DNA of 63,483 nucleotides, counting the filler. It is 5 parts of 5 records of this genome, joined end to end, with 100 filler letters (N's around TTAATTAATTAA, not from the genome) between each part and the next. Parts side by side here need not be neighbours in the genome. Positions count along the whole stretch, not along the records: positions 21,573 to 41,425 come from DRR723986_10806; 4 more parts are not named here. One strand, 5' to 3'. Made by a program: the position numbers and the translations under genes. Positions 29,608 to 39,737 of the stretch are shown one piece after another. The notes beneath the pieces were generated by a model. The model was not told the DNA's origin, did not search any database, and saw nothing but the letters and a program-made list of their open reading frames with translations. Within the stretch, counting starts at the first letter, position 1, and every line of letters starts with the position of its first letter.

Positions 29608-32319
29608 TTAGGCGCAGCGCTTTCTTTCTTTTATTTCGTCAACGATAACTGCAAAACGATTAACAAAGTCTCCGGGCCTATTCCTTGATTTAACCAGTAT
29701 ATCATCAACATATATGTGATGAATATTTTCGTCTCTTGCTGTCACTACAACAATTTTTGTTTTTTCCGGATTAGGCACATAACTTATTAGGTCAAGACCT
29801 TCGCCATCTTTCAGCATTCTGTCAATTATTATTAAGTCAAAAGTGTATTCTTCCAGAAGCCGTCTTGCTTCAAGTATTGTTCTCGCATGCACTAGCTCAA
29901 GCTCACCGTCCATTCCCGTTCCGAGCACAATATGGAAATCAGTGTCATCTTCCAGATGAAGTGCGCGTACTTTCGCCCTTGCGGTCGATAGCGTTCCGTT
30001 GTCACTCGTCTGACTGATGATCATGTTCTTGAGCGGAAACTCTACCCAAAAGACGGTTCCGGTGCCGATGACGGTGTTAAATCCGATTTCACCATGCATC
30101 CCTTCGACAATCCGTTTCGTAATGTTCAAACCAAGGCCTGTACCACTTTGCCTCCTGGCGACTCCGCTTTCTGCCTGTGAGAACGGTTCGAATATATAAG
30201 CTTTGAAACTCTCGGGAATACCGTCCCCTTCATCCTCCACTTCCAACCTTACACGCTGTCCGGAATGAGAAGTCCGGACGATTACTTTTCCCTGTACCTT
30301 GGTAAATTTAACAGCATTTGATATGAGATTGCTTAGAATTTGTTGGAGCTTATCTGCATCCAGTTCTACGATAAGATCTTTTGAGACCAATTCTGATTTC
30401 AACTCGATCTCTGCATCACTTGCATATCCTTGGTTTAGTTCGATTGCGTTTTGGACTTCTTTATTGAAATTCAAGTTCTTAAACTCGTAATGCGTCTTTT
30501 CTGTTTGCAATTTTTCAAAGTCGAGAATGTCATTCACAAGAACGATCAAGCGTTCTGTATTTTTCTGGGCCATGGTAATCAACTGCCGCACTTTCGGTGC
30601 AAGATCTTTTGGTGCCATCGTGTCAATAAGCGACAATGAACCCCGAATAGAGGTCAATGGTGTGCGGAGCTCGTGACTAACAGTTGACACAAATTCTCCT
30701 CGTAAACGTTCAACTTCCTTGCGTTCACTGATATCGCGAATAATTCCGGAATATTTAGTCTTGCCATCGACTTGTACGACATTGATCGCGAGTTCAATCG
30801 GAAAGACCCTGCCCCACCTATCAACAGCTTCAAGTTCCCTCAATTTGTCGATAACTTTGCCACCGTTGCCTTCACGGAACCTCTGTAGATAGTTGTCATG
30901 GCTCCTTGCAATCTCGGGCTTCATGAGCCTCGAAACGTTTGAGCCAATAATCTCCTCGGCATTGTATCCGAATATTCGTTCGCAACTGGGGTTAAACTCG
31001 ATAATTTTACCTGCATCATTTATCAGGATCAGTCCGTCGACAACATTGTTTACAATGGCCGCTGAGCGTTGCCGGCCTTCGATCAGTTTCAAATTACGAC
31101 TTTGAATAGCTTCGGCCAATTCTCCTATTTCGTCGCTTCTCTGCGTTGGAAGGTCGTTCAAGCGGTCATCAGGGCCAGAAAAGCGAACCCGGTTAGTCAA
31201 AGCAGACAGAGGAAGCATCATACGCCGAGCAAAGACTGTCGCAATGACAGTACTTAAGCCAATCAGTAATAGTCCCAGCAAAATAAACTGGACAAGATTT
31301 TGATTGGCGGTCGCAAAATATTCCTCTCGCGGAACTGCTACAAAAACCCCCAGGTTTGCTGAGGCCTGGTCAAAGACGCTGTCTTGACGGACATAATAGC
31401 CAACGGTTCCACTGGTCGCGAAAAAACCGTCTTTCCCCGAAACCATGACATTGTTCAAGATCGGTGGAATTGGTCTTGTCAGTTTGTCATGGAGTTCCAA
31501 TCGGTACGTCTTTTGATGGCTATCAATGCCATGCTCCATAAAGTCACCAAGGTCGTTGATCACAAAGGTATGCCGTTTCGGGGCAATTTCCTGGAACGCG
31601 TTCTGAAGCATTTTCTCATAATTGACGTTTATTATGAGGAAGCCGAAGCGCGAGCCATCCGACGCATCAATCGGGTACATGCCGCGTAGCGTAGGCGTTT
31701 GGTTTCCGTCATCACTCCCCCGCTCCCTGTTGTAGGTCACATTGGAAAAAGTGACTTGGCCCTTCGGAGCGAGCATTGCCTGTTGATAGTATGGTTCATC
31801 AGACTTTCGCTGAAGTTCTTCTTTCGGAGTAGTCTCGTAACCGCCCGCGCCAATTTCGACACGAACCAATTCGCGACCATCATCAGCAGCGCTTATATAG
31901 CGGAACTGAAAGTAATCGCTGCGGCCTCTGAGGACTGCTCGAAAAATCGTCGCCAAACGAGAGCGCCATTGGTCAGTCGTAGAACCGTCCGTTGGGTCAA
32001 TGTCACCGTTTTGAATGCTTCTAATAAGCCCTTGGATCGGAGGTGTTTGAGAAATAGTCACCAGGTCGTTGGCAATTATGTGATAATCTAAATAAAAACG
32101 TTGTGAGAGAATCTGAGCTTCGGTCTGTAGGTTAACTTGGGCCAGTCTATCCGACTCGGTACGAATTTTCAGAAAGGAAATGGTCCCGATGGCGAACGTG
32201 GAAATGGCAACGCAACAAGCCGTCAACGCCATAATCCGGTAGCTTAATCCGTTGCGGCGCTGGATGTGAGGCCGATCTGAAGTCGACCCTCGATACATGG
32301 AAGTCGTATTATCAGCCAT
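29608..32319 (-). CDS. hybrid sensor kinase: TM-Cache-like-TM-HAMP-PAS-HisKA-HATPase-REC
   Basis: Two TM helices flanking a periplasmic domain; HAMP (RSDEIGELA); FixL-like PAS (SHDNYLQRF); FVSTVSHELRTPL; NLISNAVKF; GTGLGL; C-terminal REC (LEDD, IIDRML). Confidence 0.93.
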   Translation of the reverse strand: MADNTTSMYRGSTSDRPHIQRRNGLSYRIMALTACCVAISTFAIGTISFLKIRTESDRLAQVNLQTEAQILSQRFYLDYHIIANDLVTISQTPPIQGLIRSIQNGDIDPTDGSTTDQWRSRLATIFRAVLRGRSDYFQFRYISAADDGRELVRVEIGAGGYETTPKEELQRKSDEPYYQQAMLAPKGQVTFSNVTYNRERGSDDGNQTPTLRGMYPIDASDGSRFGFLIINVNYEKMLQNAFQEIAPKRHTFVINDLGDFMEHGIDSHQKTYRLELHDKLTRPIPPILNNVMVSGKDGFFATSGTVGYYVRQDSVFDQASANLGVFVAVPREEYFATANQNLVQFILLGLLLIGLSTVIATVFARRMMLPLSALTNRVRFSGPDDRLNDLPTQRSDEIGELAEAIQSRNLKLIEGRQRSAAIVNNVVDGLILINDAGKIIEFNPSCERIFGYNAEEIIGSNVSRLMKPEIARSHDNYLQRFREGNGGKVIDKLRELEAVDRWGRVFPIELAINVVQVDGKTKYSGIIRDISERKEVERLRGEFVSTVSHELRTPLTSIRGSLSLIDTMAPKDLAPKVRQLITMAQKNTERLIVLVNDILDFEKLQTEKTHYEFKNLNFNKEVQNAIELNQGYASDAEIELKSELVSKDLIVELDADKLQQILSNLISNAVKFTKVQGKVIVRTSHSGQRVRLEVEDEGDGIPESFKAYIFEPFSQAESGVARRQSGTGLGLNITKRIVEGMHGEIGFNTVIGTGTVFWVEFPLKNMIISQTSDNGTLSTARAKVRALHLEDDTDFHIVLGTGMDGELELVHARTILEARRLLEEYTFDLIIIDRMLKDGEGLDLISYVPNPEKTKIVVVTARDENIHHIYVDDILVKSRNRPGDFVNRFAVIVDEIKERKRCA

Positions 32320-32342
32320 GACGTACCTTTGTTGTCGCGCGG

Positions 32343-33659
32343 TTATAGTTCGAACTGCGATGCCATTGATTTGGAATATTCTTTCACGCAGTTACGACCA
32401 TTGGCCTTCGCTTCGTAAAGTGCAACGTCAGCAAGGGTGATAAGTGCCTCGCTGCCACGTTCCGCATCGCAGCCTACAAGACCACAGCTAAAAGTTACAT
32501 GAAAGGTTTTTTCACCTGCAGAAAACTCAAAACGTTGAAATTCCTCTCGAATACGATCGAAAATTCTAACGGCCTGACACGGAATAGCGTCGAGCAGGAC
32601 GACTGCGAACTCCTCACCTCCGTATCGACCTACAATGTCTATGTTTCGTAAAGAACTCTTCAGATGACTTGCAAAAGTCTGGATAACGGTGTCTCCCACT
32701 TGGTGACCATACCTATCGTTGATCGACTTGAAATGGTCGAGATCGAGTAGGGCAACAGTAAATGCATTTCCCGTCCGGGCACTACGGTGCAGTTCTGCAA
32801 CAAGCTTTTCCTTGAAACTGACATGGTTTAGAAGGCCGGTTAGACCATCCCGAACCATGATCTGGCGCAGGTCGACCGCCCGTTCAGCCCTCATGCGAAC
32901 CATCTTGACCAAATATCCCACATCGACGGGTTTCTTAATGAAATCATCCCCGCCAACTTGGCGCGCCTTCTCCTGGATGCTTCTGTTTCCTACAGAGGAC
33001 AAAAAAAGGATGGGCAAAGAGGTATGTTGGGGATCCAAGCGAATCGCCTTCGCAACATCCAGTCCACTCGCTTGAGGCATATCGATATCCATGATCAGAA
33101 GGTCAGGACTGAACTCGGCAATTACTACTTCTGCCTGAAGTGGATTGGCCAGAACCGCGACTCTGAGGCCGCATTCTTCCAGCGCCAACGCGTATACAGA
33201 TGAGGTCAACTCGTCATCATCAATTATTAGCACTCTGGCGTCGGGAACATCGCTTCGTTGAGTTACCTCCAAGCTTGAAAGTATCTCAACCGCGTTGAGC
33301 CGACTGGCGATCAATCCGCTTGCTCCCATACGCACAGCGTCGATTTTGAAAGAAAAGTCACGATTGTCAGTAATCAACAACACCCTGCAATCGTCATGCA
33401 AAGAACGGCAAATGGCAAGATGGTGATCTGCTTCGGGATTAATAAAAGCTGCAATGCATTTTTGGGGATCTTTACATTCTGTCCAGCTCACAACATTCAA
33501 CCCGAGACCCTCCAGAAATTTGACTGTCTGCTCAATGCGATCTGGTGTCTCCAATACGATAACTGCCCGGTTATCTGAAAATGTCTCTTTAGGGCTTTGC
33601 ACCTTAACTGGCAGAGCCGTGATGGCGCTCTGGTCATCTTCGGTATTGTGAGCTTTCAT
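32343..33659 (-). CDS. diguanylate cyclase response regulator (degenerate REC-REC-GGDEF, PleD-like)
   Basis: Intact second REC, DGLTGLLN, DLDHFKSINDRYGH, I-site RNID and active site RYGGEEF. Confidence 0.95.
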   Translation of the reverse strand: MKAHNTEDDQSAITALPVKVQSPKETFSDNRAVIVLETPDRIEQTVKFLEGLGLNVVSWTECKDPQKCIAAFINPEADHHLAICRSLHDDCRVLLITDNRDFSFKIDAVRMGASGLIASRLNAVEILSSLEVTQRSDVPDARVLIIDDDELTSSVYALALEECGLRVAVLANPLQAEVVIAEFSPDLLIMDIDMPQASGLDVAKAIRLDPQHTSLPILFLSSVGNRSIQEKARQVGGDDFIKKPVDVGYLVKMVRMRAERAVDLRQIMVRDGLTGLLNHVSFKEKLVAELHRSARTGNAFTVALLDLDHFKSINDRYGHQVGDTVIQTFASHLKSSLRNIDIVGRYGGEEFAVVLLDAIPCQAVRIFDRIREEFQRFEFSAGEKTFHVTFSCGLVGCDAERGSEALITLADVALYEAKANGRNCVKEYSKSMASQFEL

Positions 33660-33680
33660 TACGGGATCCGTTCCGAAAAT

Positions 33681-34028
33681 TCAGGTATCTTGAGACTTTA
33701 CCCAGTCCGGCATTGGAACTCCGTCGGTCAGCGTTCCGTCGATTTGGTCAATCAAGTTGTTGACCGCCTCGATGACTAAACTAATGTCAGCGCCTTGCTC
33801 GACTAGGTCCTCAACCTTTTTCGCTGGCAACGAGAGTTGCTCGCAGTTAAATAGTCGAGCGCTTCCTACTATTCTATGCGCAATAAAACGAAGCGGTTCT
33901 AGGCCGGTATCTGCAAAGTCGCCACGCGCAATATTAGCGTTCGTGATCAACTCCCTCTTATCCCGGTCGAGGCGTTGTTCGAAAGCGGCCACGAGTTGGG
34001 CCGCTTTTGCTTCAAAGGCATTGGACAT
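33681..34028 (-). CDS. stand-alone Hpt protein
   Basis: AHRIVGSARLF motif; 115 aa. Confidence 0.82.
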   Translation of the reverse strand: MSNAFEAKAAQLVAAFEQRLDRDKRELITNANIARGDFADTGLEPLRFIAHRIVGSARLFNCEQLSLPAKKVEDLVEQGADISLVIEAVNNLIDQIDGTLTDGVPMPDWVKSQDT

Positions 34029-34194
34029 TCTTAAACTCGTGCACAGATGTTTCCCTGAGCGTCACCGAGTGGAGTTAAAATACCTTTATCAACCAAACCA
34101 AATAAAAGTATTATTTTCTATATCATGCGAATAATTTTCCGCTTCTAAGGAATACGTATTCTGTTCCTTGATATGTTTAACAGGGGAAATTTTG

Positions 34195-34994
34195 AGCGTG
34201 TCGCAAAGTTGGTCGAGTTAACCCTACCTTGAGATTTAGCTTTTGAAAGAGCGCTCCCGTATTTGGAGTTCTGCGGTATAGTTCTCATTGTCGTCGCGGA
34301 CAAACTGAAGCGTCAGGCAAATGCTGACTTCAAGGGCGACAGTTTGAGGCGTGGTTTTACTCATTCAGGCAGTGTCCTGGTATTTGCGCTATCCGCTCAG
34401 TTATCGGGATTTGGAGGAGATGTTCCTGGAACGAGGGTTCCGGGTTGACCATAGCACCATCAACAGATGGGGCCTGACATATGCGCCATTGATAGAGTAG
34501 GACTGCGCCGGTTGCGAAAAATCGCGTTGCGGATCCATCTGGATAGATAAGAACTATGTGAAAATCCGGGGCTAATGGCGCTATTTGTGTCAGGCCATCG
34601 ACAAACACAGCAATCCAGTGGATTTCCTGCTCACAGCAAAACGTGATCATTGTGCTGCCGAGCGTTTCTTCCGCAAGATGTTACAAAATGAACCGCTGCT
34701 TTCGCCTGGCAAGATCGGTACAGCCGGCGCCAATACGTTTCCCGCCAAGATTACAACCTCTGTCGATGAAGGCTGGCTCCGAGCTGACCCGGTTCATTAC
34801 GTCATCAAGCATCACCAACAAGGCATCGAAAGCGACCATTCCCGTGTGAAGAAGAATATGCCGAAGGTCGGTGGAGCGTTCGCGAACAGAATGATCTGCT
34901 TGCCGCGATCTTCGGAATTGAATTATTTAACGGGACCTAAAATTCACTCCCGAATCGGGAGTCATCTGTTCATCGACGAAACTTGCGGCACGCT
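34195..34994 (+). mobile_element. degenerate IS6-family element (transposase pseudogene)
   Basis: Fragments WYLRYPLSYRDLEEMFLERG, VDHSTINRW, VDFLLTAKRD and IESDH broken by stops and frameshifts; imperfect IRs AGCGTGTCGCAAAGTT / AACTTGCGGCACGCT; 800 bp. Confidence 0.88.
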
Positions 34995-35138
34995 TTCCAG
35001 ATGTCTTCAGAGCGAACAGAAACCCACACGAATGGAACGACAAGCGCCCTTGGGCTCTGATGAAATAGCTTGATTTGAAACAGATCAAGATCCCGGTGCA
35101 GGTCGATGGCAATGATCATCGCTGGATCCAAGTTCTCA

Positions 35139-35483
35139 CTAAATCTTTCGGCCAAACAATGACGATTGCTCTGGTCGAATTTCTCTGACAAGATTCTCTA
35201 AGATCATAAGGCGTTTTTCGATCTCACCACGATAGGCATCTCGTTCCCATCCATTAGCAGCAGACGCTTGCAATAGCGCTTCAAGTGATGTGGCAGCCGC
35301 ATTCACGTTCATAAAGCCGATAGTGCCACTGCTGCCTTTTATCTTGTGCAAAACACCCATTGTGTTAGCATCTGGCGGACCGCTGGACGGGCCTTGTCTA
35401 TAAAGCTTAGTTAACTCGTTCATCATCTCCTTGAGTGTTTCGCAATGGTGAGCGATTAAAACGTCGAGCTTACTCAAACTCAT
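35139..35483 (-). CDS. stand-alone Hpt protein
   Basis: LHKIKGSSGTIGF motif; AAGGAGAG RBS before ATG 35483. Confidence 0.88.
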   Translation of the reverse strand: MSLSKLDVLIAHHCETLKEMMNELTKLYRQGPSSGPPDANTMGVLHKIKGSSGTIGFMNVNAAATSLEALLQASAANGWERDAYRGEIEKRLMILENLVREIRPEQSSLFGRKI

Positions 35484-35519
35484 GTTTCTCTCCTTGCGAC
35501 ATAACTGCAAGTTAGGATT

Positions 35520-36596
35520 TTAGTTTTCAATACCAAGCAGACTCTTTACCCTCTCTGTAACGGTACTGAGCAACGCCAAAGCCTGTTCTGATATCCCACG
35601 AATGGTTTCGTTCCGTCGGAAAACTTGCACCTTTGTGTTGGTCGACATTTCGGCCGGATCCCGAATGGCAATTCTGGCCAACTGAGAGCGTTCTACGGGC
35701 TTGAACGTGTTCTGGAACTCTTCCGGCAATCTGTCTGAAACAGGTAAAATCTCCTCAATCGAACCTTCAATTGAAACCTGGCCAGAACTGACAAGAACCG
35801 CTTCACCAACTTCTACAGGAAAGAGATGCCGGGATGGCAGATAGGCTAGAACATAGCGATCTCCGGTATAAATAGAGAGCATTCGCTCGCCAGTGAGGAA
35901 AACCTCACCTTGCGAAGGCAAACCGCTGCTGGTGATCCCCGATACTGGCGCGTTGATTAAGCCATCTCCATAGTGACGACCAAGACGCTCCAAGGCCATC
36001 TGTGCACTTTCAAGTGCGGGCTTCAGCGCCGCCATTGCTGTCTGCTCACTGGCAACACGGGCTTTCAATCTGATGAGTAACTCCTGCGCCGCATTGCTCT
36101 CTGTTAAAATATCGAGCAATCGGTCGGCGGCGGCCAATCCCTTGTCGCTTAGTTGTTCGTAAGATGCTCGAAGGTTTTCGGCGTGAGACGCTCGTTCTAC
36201 TGCAATCGGTAACAGGTTGCTTGCAACCTCTATTTCCTCTTTTTTCTCAATATCGCGTTGGCGCAGTTCCGCGAGCCGTAAGCTGAGTTCGGCGAGACGG
36301 TCGGCAATTTCGATCGAGTTAAAGATTAAAAGAGGCTCACCTTCTTCAATTTTCTGTCCGATCCGCACGAAGACCTCATCGAGCCGCCCAGCATACTCTG
36401 CCTCAATATCAACGCGGTCCTGTACCACAACACCATCGGCCCTGAAGATGATGTAGTCACCAACGACATAGTTGAGGATCGCAATCACAAGAACGATAAG
36501 AAGGAAAAAGTAAACCCACCGGCTGTTGCCTCTGACTTGCTTCCTACGGTCGTTCACATGAGTATCGGTTCTCTCACGCCTCTTGAGCCGCCGCAT
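35520..36596 (-). CDS. HlyD/membrane-fusion-protein family periplasmic adaptor
   Basis: Single N-terminal TM, lipoyl half-motifs (GRLDEVFVRIGQKIEEGEPLL; INAPVSG) and a long coiled coil. Confidence 0.85.
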   Translation of the reverse strand: MRRLKRRERTDTHVNDRRKQVRGNSRWVYFFLLIVLVIAILNYVVGDYIIFRADGVVVQDRVDIEAEYAGRLDEVFVRIGQKIEEGEPLLIFNSIEIADRLAELSLRLAELRQRDIEKKEEIEVASNLLPIAVERASHAENLRASYEQLSDKGLAAADRLLDILTESNAAQELLIRLKARVASEQTAMAALKPALESAQMALERLGRHYGDGLINAPVSGITSSGLPSQGEVFLTGERMLSIYTGDRYVLAYLPSRHLFPVEVGEAVLVSSGQVSIEGSIEEILPVSDRLPEEFQNTFKPVERSQLARIAIRDPAEMSTNTKVQVFRRNETIRGISEQALALLSTVTERVKSLLGIEN

Positions 36597-36597
36597 T

Positions 36598-37860
36598 CTA
36601 TATCCCCCTCACATCATGCACCTTTTGAGGAACATAGCTGTCACGATAAGAACTATCGCGAAGCCATTCATCGAGATAAGCACCTAGACGGATGAAACGC
36701 ATAAGAATTCCATTGTAAAATGTATAAGCAACGACATAAGGCAAAAGTCTGATGCTGTTTACATAAGGTGTCGTATAGGCGGCCACCAGGAAGACAAATA
36801 AGTCTAGAAGTATCAATACTATTTTTACTGACAAGAGAAGAACGATTGCAAAGCTCCCATACTGGATAAACAGCCAAGCAACATAAAACGGCATAAGAGC
36901 CGCGCCAATAACGTTGAAAACCAAAAACTCAAACTGATGCAACATCTCTGAAATTCGGAATCTTGGATCAAAGGGGTTGAACTCAAAGACGTATTTACGG
37001 AAACGCAGGCGAATAGCATCCCTCTCCCACCTGAACCGCTGCCGGACCAGACCGGAGAGTTTCACCGGCACGTCTGTGTAGCAGACCGCATCGACACGAA
37101 AGCCAATCTTCCAACCGTAGGACCTAAGCCGGAGAGTAGCATCAAGATCCTCTCCACCTCCGGCATCTGCACCGCCGGTTTCCTCAAGAGCGCTCTTGCG
37201 AAACGCTGAAAAACCTCCTGAACTGCAAGTAACCTGATCCAGCACAAGAGCACTCTGTTTGCCGAGAGAAAGTGTAACCAGATATTCAATGGCCTGGACG
37301 GTTGCAAGGAGACTAGCCTCCGGATTGCGTACTTGAATATTGCCTGCAACACTGCCAATGGTCGGGTCTTCAAAGGGTTCAACGATTCGGCGGATAGCGT
37401 CCCGGTCGAGAGAACAGTCGCAATCGATGTTGACCAATATGTCCCCGGTTGCTAGCCGCTCGCACACGTTCAAGCCGGCAGATTTCCCTCCACGCAAATC
37501 TGTGGCGTATGCTTTGTCGATCTCTCCCTTGGCTAGAAGGCTGCGTAACACTTCCCTGGTGCTGTCTGTTGATCCGTCGCTGAATGCGACGATCTCATCG
37601 GGTTGTCTGGACTGTTCCTTCAAGGAGGCTATGCATCTTGGGAATGCGTCTGCTTCGTTATGGCCAGCTACGATTACCGTCACCTTATATCTGTGGGAGG
37701 CTTCGAGTGCTCGCTGTTTCGGTCTGTTCATGAAGGCGCCGACCGTGAAAAGGAGAAAGTAGCGGGGGATTTCGAAAATGATCACGATCGCAAAGAGAAG
37801 GTACATACTGACCGTGCTTTGCGAGAAGAGATAGGCTAGGCTCTCAGAGACTGGGTTCAT
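36598..37860 (-). CDS. processive GT2 polysaccharide synthase (PgaC/IcaA/NodC/HAS-like)
   Basis: D,D,D,QxxRW signature (SDGSTD, IDCD, GEDLD, QRFRW); GGKS, QAIEY and CSSGGFSAFR motifs; N- and C-terminal TM helices. Confidence 0.92.
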   Translation of the reverse strand: MNPVSESLAYLFSQSTVSMYLLFAIVIIFEIPRYFLLFTVGAFMNRPKQRALEASHRYKVTVIVAGHNEADAFPRCIASLKEQSRQPDEIVAFSDGSTDSTREVLRSLLAKGEIDKAYATDLRGGKSAGLNVCERLATGDILVNIDCDCSLDRDAIRRIVEPFEDPTIGSVAGNIQVRNPEASLLATVQAIEYLVTLSLGKQSALVLDQVTCSSGGFSAFRKSALEETGGADAGGGEDLDATLRLRSYGWKIGFRVDAVCYTDVPVKLSGLVRQRFRWERDAIRLRFRKYVFEFNPFDPRFRISEMLHQFEFLVFNVIGAALMPFYVAWLFIQYGSFAIVLLLSVKIVLILLDLFVFLVAAYTTPYVNSIRLLPYVVAYTFYNGILMRFIRLGAYLDEWLRDSSYRDSYVPQKVHDVRGI

Positions 37861-39737
37861 GAAAAGAGATCCTCCAAGCCAAACACGGTCATCCGCGCCT
37901 GCAAGTCGACTTTTAGTCCCGACTGTGACGCCTCGAGATACTGCGGTAGGTTTGCTCGGGCGTTCTCCGGAGAAACTCGATTGATGAGTACGTAATCATG
38001 GACTTCCCCATGATAGGTGACGGAGTTTTCGCCGAAATAATTCTTAATGTTCTCAAGCAACTGGACTCTGGAATTCTCAACCATCCGGATGCCATGTTCA
38101 GAAATCATTCTGCGCCGCTCCGGAAAGCCGACAGTGAGCAAAGAAAATGGTGTTTCCTTGTCTGAGAACTCTCGAGCGGCTTTGTTTAACTGAATGACTA
38201 ACTCTAACGGCAGTTCTGCGAAGCGCAACTTTGTCTGAAGTCCATCAATCACGATGGGCCCTTCCTCGACGAACGCAATACCCTTTTCTGACAAACTGTA
38301 CGTGAAGACGTCTTTAGTTTCGATCACCTCTCCGTCGGTGTGAAAGCCGCAGTCCATACATTGAAATCCGACGGCTGCATCGCTGGAAGTTGCACCACAA
38401 GCCTGGCAACGGATGATTATGCCAGGCTTGTCATAGTCGACCCCGAAGTGTCTTAGTTCTCGGGAGCATTTGGGGCACACGAGGTCCGAGCCTTGGCGGA
38501 AGTCTTCCTCCGAGGCCTGATAAGCGCATTTGAAATGATGAATGAACTTGGACTCTTTCAGGTTTGGCGACCTGCAACTGAAACATTCCTCACGAACGTT
38601 CATCCTAACGGATCGACACCCGCTGCAGATATGGAATCTGTCAAAGAAGGTGCTTCTCGTTAAGCCAAGTTCATTCAGACCTGTTGTAGCACCGACAACT
38701 TCGTTGGAAGCGAGACAAATGTTGAAGTCAATGCCACTTGTTTTGTTGGCCTTGTAGTGTGGTTTTAGACTGTTTTTGCGCACGTAGGTTGAAGCAGCTA
38801 TCTTATCGGAGAGAGACTTGCTTTGCCGAACATGAAGATGGACAGACAACCGTGCTTCTGAAAAGTCGCGGATAGTCTCTTCAATGGTGCGAGGAATAGA
38901 TCCTCTCGGAAGCGAGGGGACAGAGACGTCTGCGCAAGATCCCAGGCTCCCAGTTTCATCAATGATGGGAAGGAGACATAGGTCTCCGATCTCCCACAAT
39001 TCGTGTAATTCCTCCACCTCGGCTGGCTCGCTCACGACTACAGCTTCATACTTACCGCCAGAAGCCAGATAATTTCGTGTCGCGACGGACACTCCGGCCG
39101 GACCAATATCTTCCGGCCACCTAAGACCTAGAAGACTGACGGAACCAAAATTGACTCGGAATTGGTCGCTGACAGTGTGGTGCTGAAGGGAAGACTGCTC
39201 GGTCTGTTGTTGCTGGATGGCCGCGAACTCGTTGCTCGCAGAAACAGAGTCCTCGTGTATAAATTCACCGCCCTCATTTGTGTTCGCCGAAGGTGACAAC
39301 TGTTTGATAGGGGTGGTTGTGTCTCGTATTTTTTCTTGGCTTAGGTCGATAAAATTCAGAACTTCATCGATGTCAAATGGCTTGGGAAAGACTTTCTCGA
39401 ATTGCTCGCAGCTGTTCTTGTCTTCAAGCAATGCCGCGGGATCGGCAGTCATGGCGACAAATATCGGTGCAGCCTTGCCACTTGCCTGGCGCCGGAATTC
39501 CGCAACGACCTCTGAACCATTAAGGCCAGGCATGTGAAAGTCCATCAGGGCTAAAGAATAGGTTTTGTCGAGAAGTCTCCTTAAAGCTTCCGAACCGTCC
39601 CTGGCGACATCAGCATCGTATCCTTTCGACGTAAGAAGAAGTTTGAGAATGTCTTGCGTGACAGGTGAGTCTTCCGCAATTAAGACCTTCTTATCGATAC
39701 CCACCAGATTTTCCTTGTCTTGTCCGGTTTTTGACAT
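37857..39737 (-). CDS. response regulator with TackOD1-like 11-Cys output domain and C-terminal degenerate GGDEF-like fold
   Basis: N-terminal REC (AEDS, MDFHMP, MTA, PKPF); five CxxC plus one HxxC; C-terminal PFSLLTV...HG...YVL alpha/beta region. Start ATG 39737 or 39767. Confidence 0.8.
   Translation of the reverse strand: MSKTGQDKENLVGIDKKVLIAEDSPVTQDILKLLLTSKGYDADVARDGSEALRRLLDKTYSLALMDFHMPGLNGSEVVAEFRRQASGKAAPIFVAMTADPAALLEDKNSCEQFEKVFPKPFDIDEVLNFIDLSQEKIRDTTTPIKQLSPSANTNEGGEFIHEDSVSASNEFAAIQQQQTEQSSLQHHTVSDQFRVNFGSVSLLGLRWPEDIGPAGVSVATRNYLASGGKYEAVVVSEPAEVEELHELWEIGDLCLLPIIDETGSLGSCADVSVPSLPRGSIPRTIEETIRDFSEARLSVHLHVRQSKSLSDKIAASTYVRKNSLKPHYKANKTSGIDFNICLASNEVVGATTGLNELGLTRSTFFDRFHICSGCRSVRMNVREECFSCRSPNLKESKFIHHFKCAYQASEEDFRQGSDLVCPKCSRELRHFGVDYDKPGIIIRCQACGATSSDAAVGFQCMDCGFHTDGEVIETKDVFTYSLSEKGIAFVEEGPIVIDGLQTKLRFAELPLELVIQLNKAAREFSDKETPFSLLTVGFPERRRMISEHGIRMVENSRVQLLENIKNYFGENSVTYHGEVHDYVLINRVSPENARANLPQYLEASQSGLKVDLQARMTVFGLEDLFS

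Noticed and set aside
34585-35073. 162-aa ORF as a functional transposase
   Set aside because: A fragment of the frameshifted IS6 pseudogene that runs out past the element end
36598-37860. Naming the GT2 pgaC/icaA/nodC/bcsA
   Set aside because: The motifs show a processive GT2, but none of the diagnostic partner genes or a PilZ domain is present; no symbol assigned
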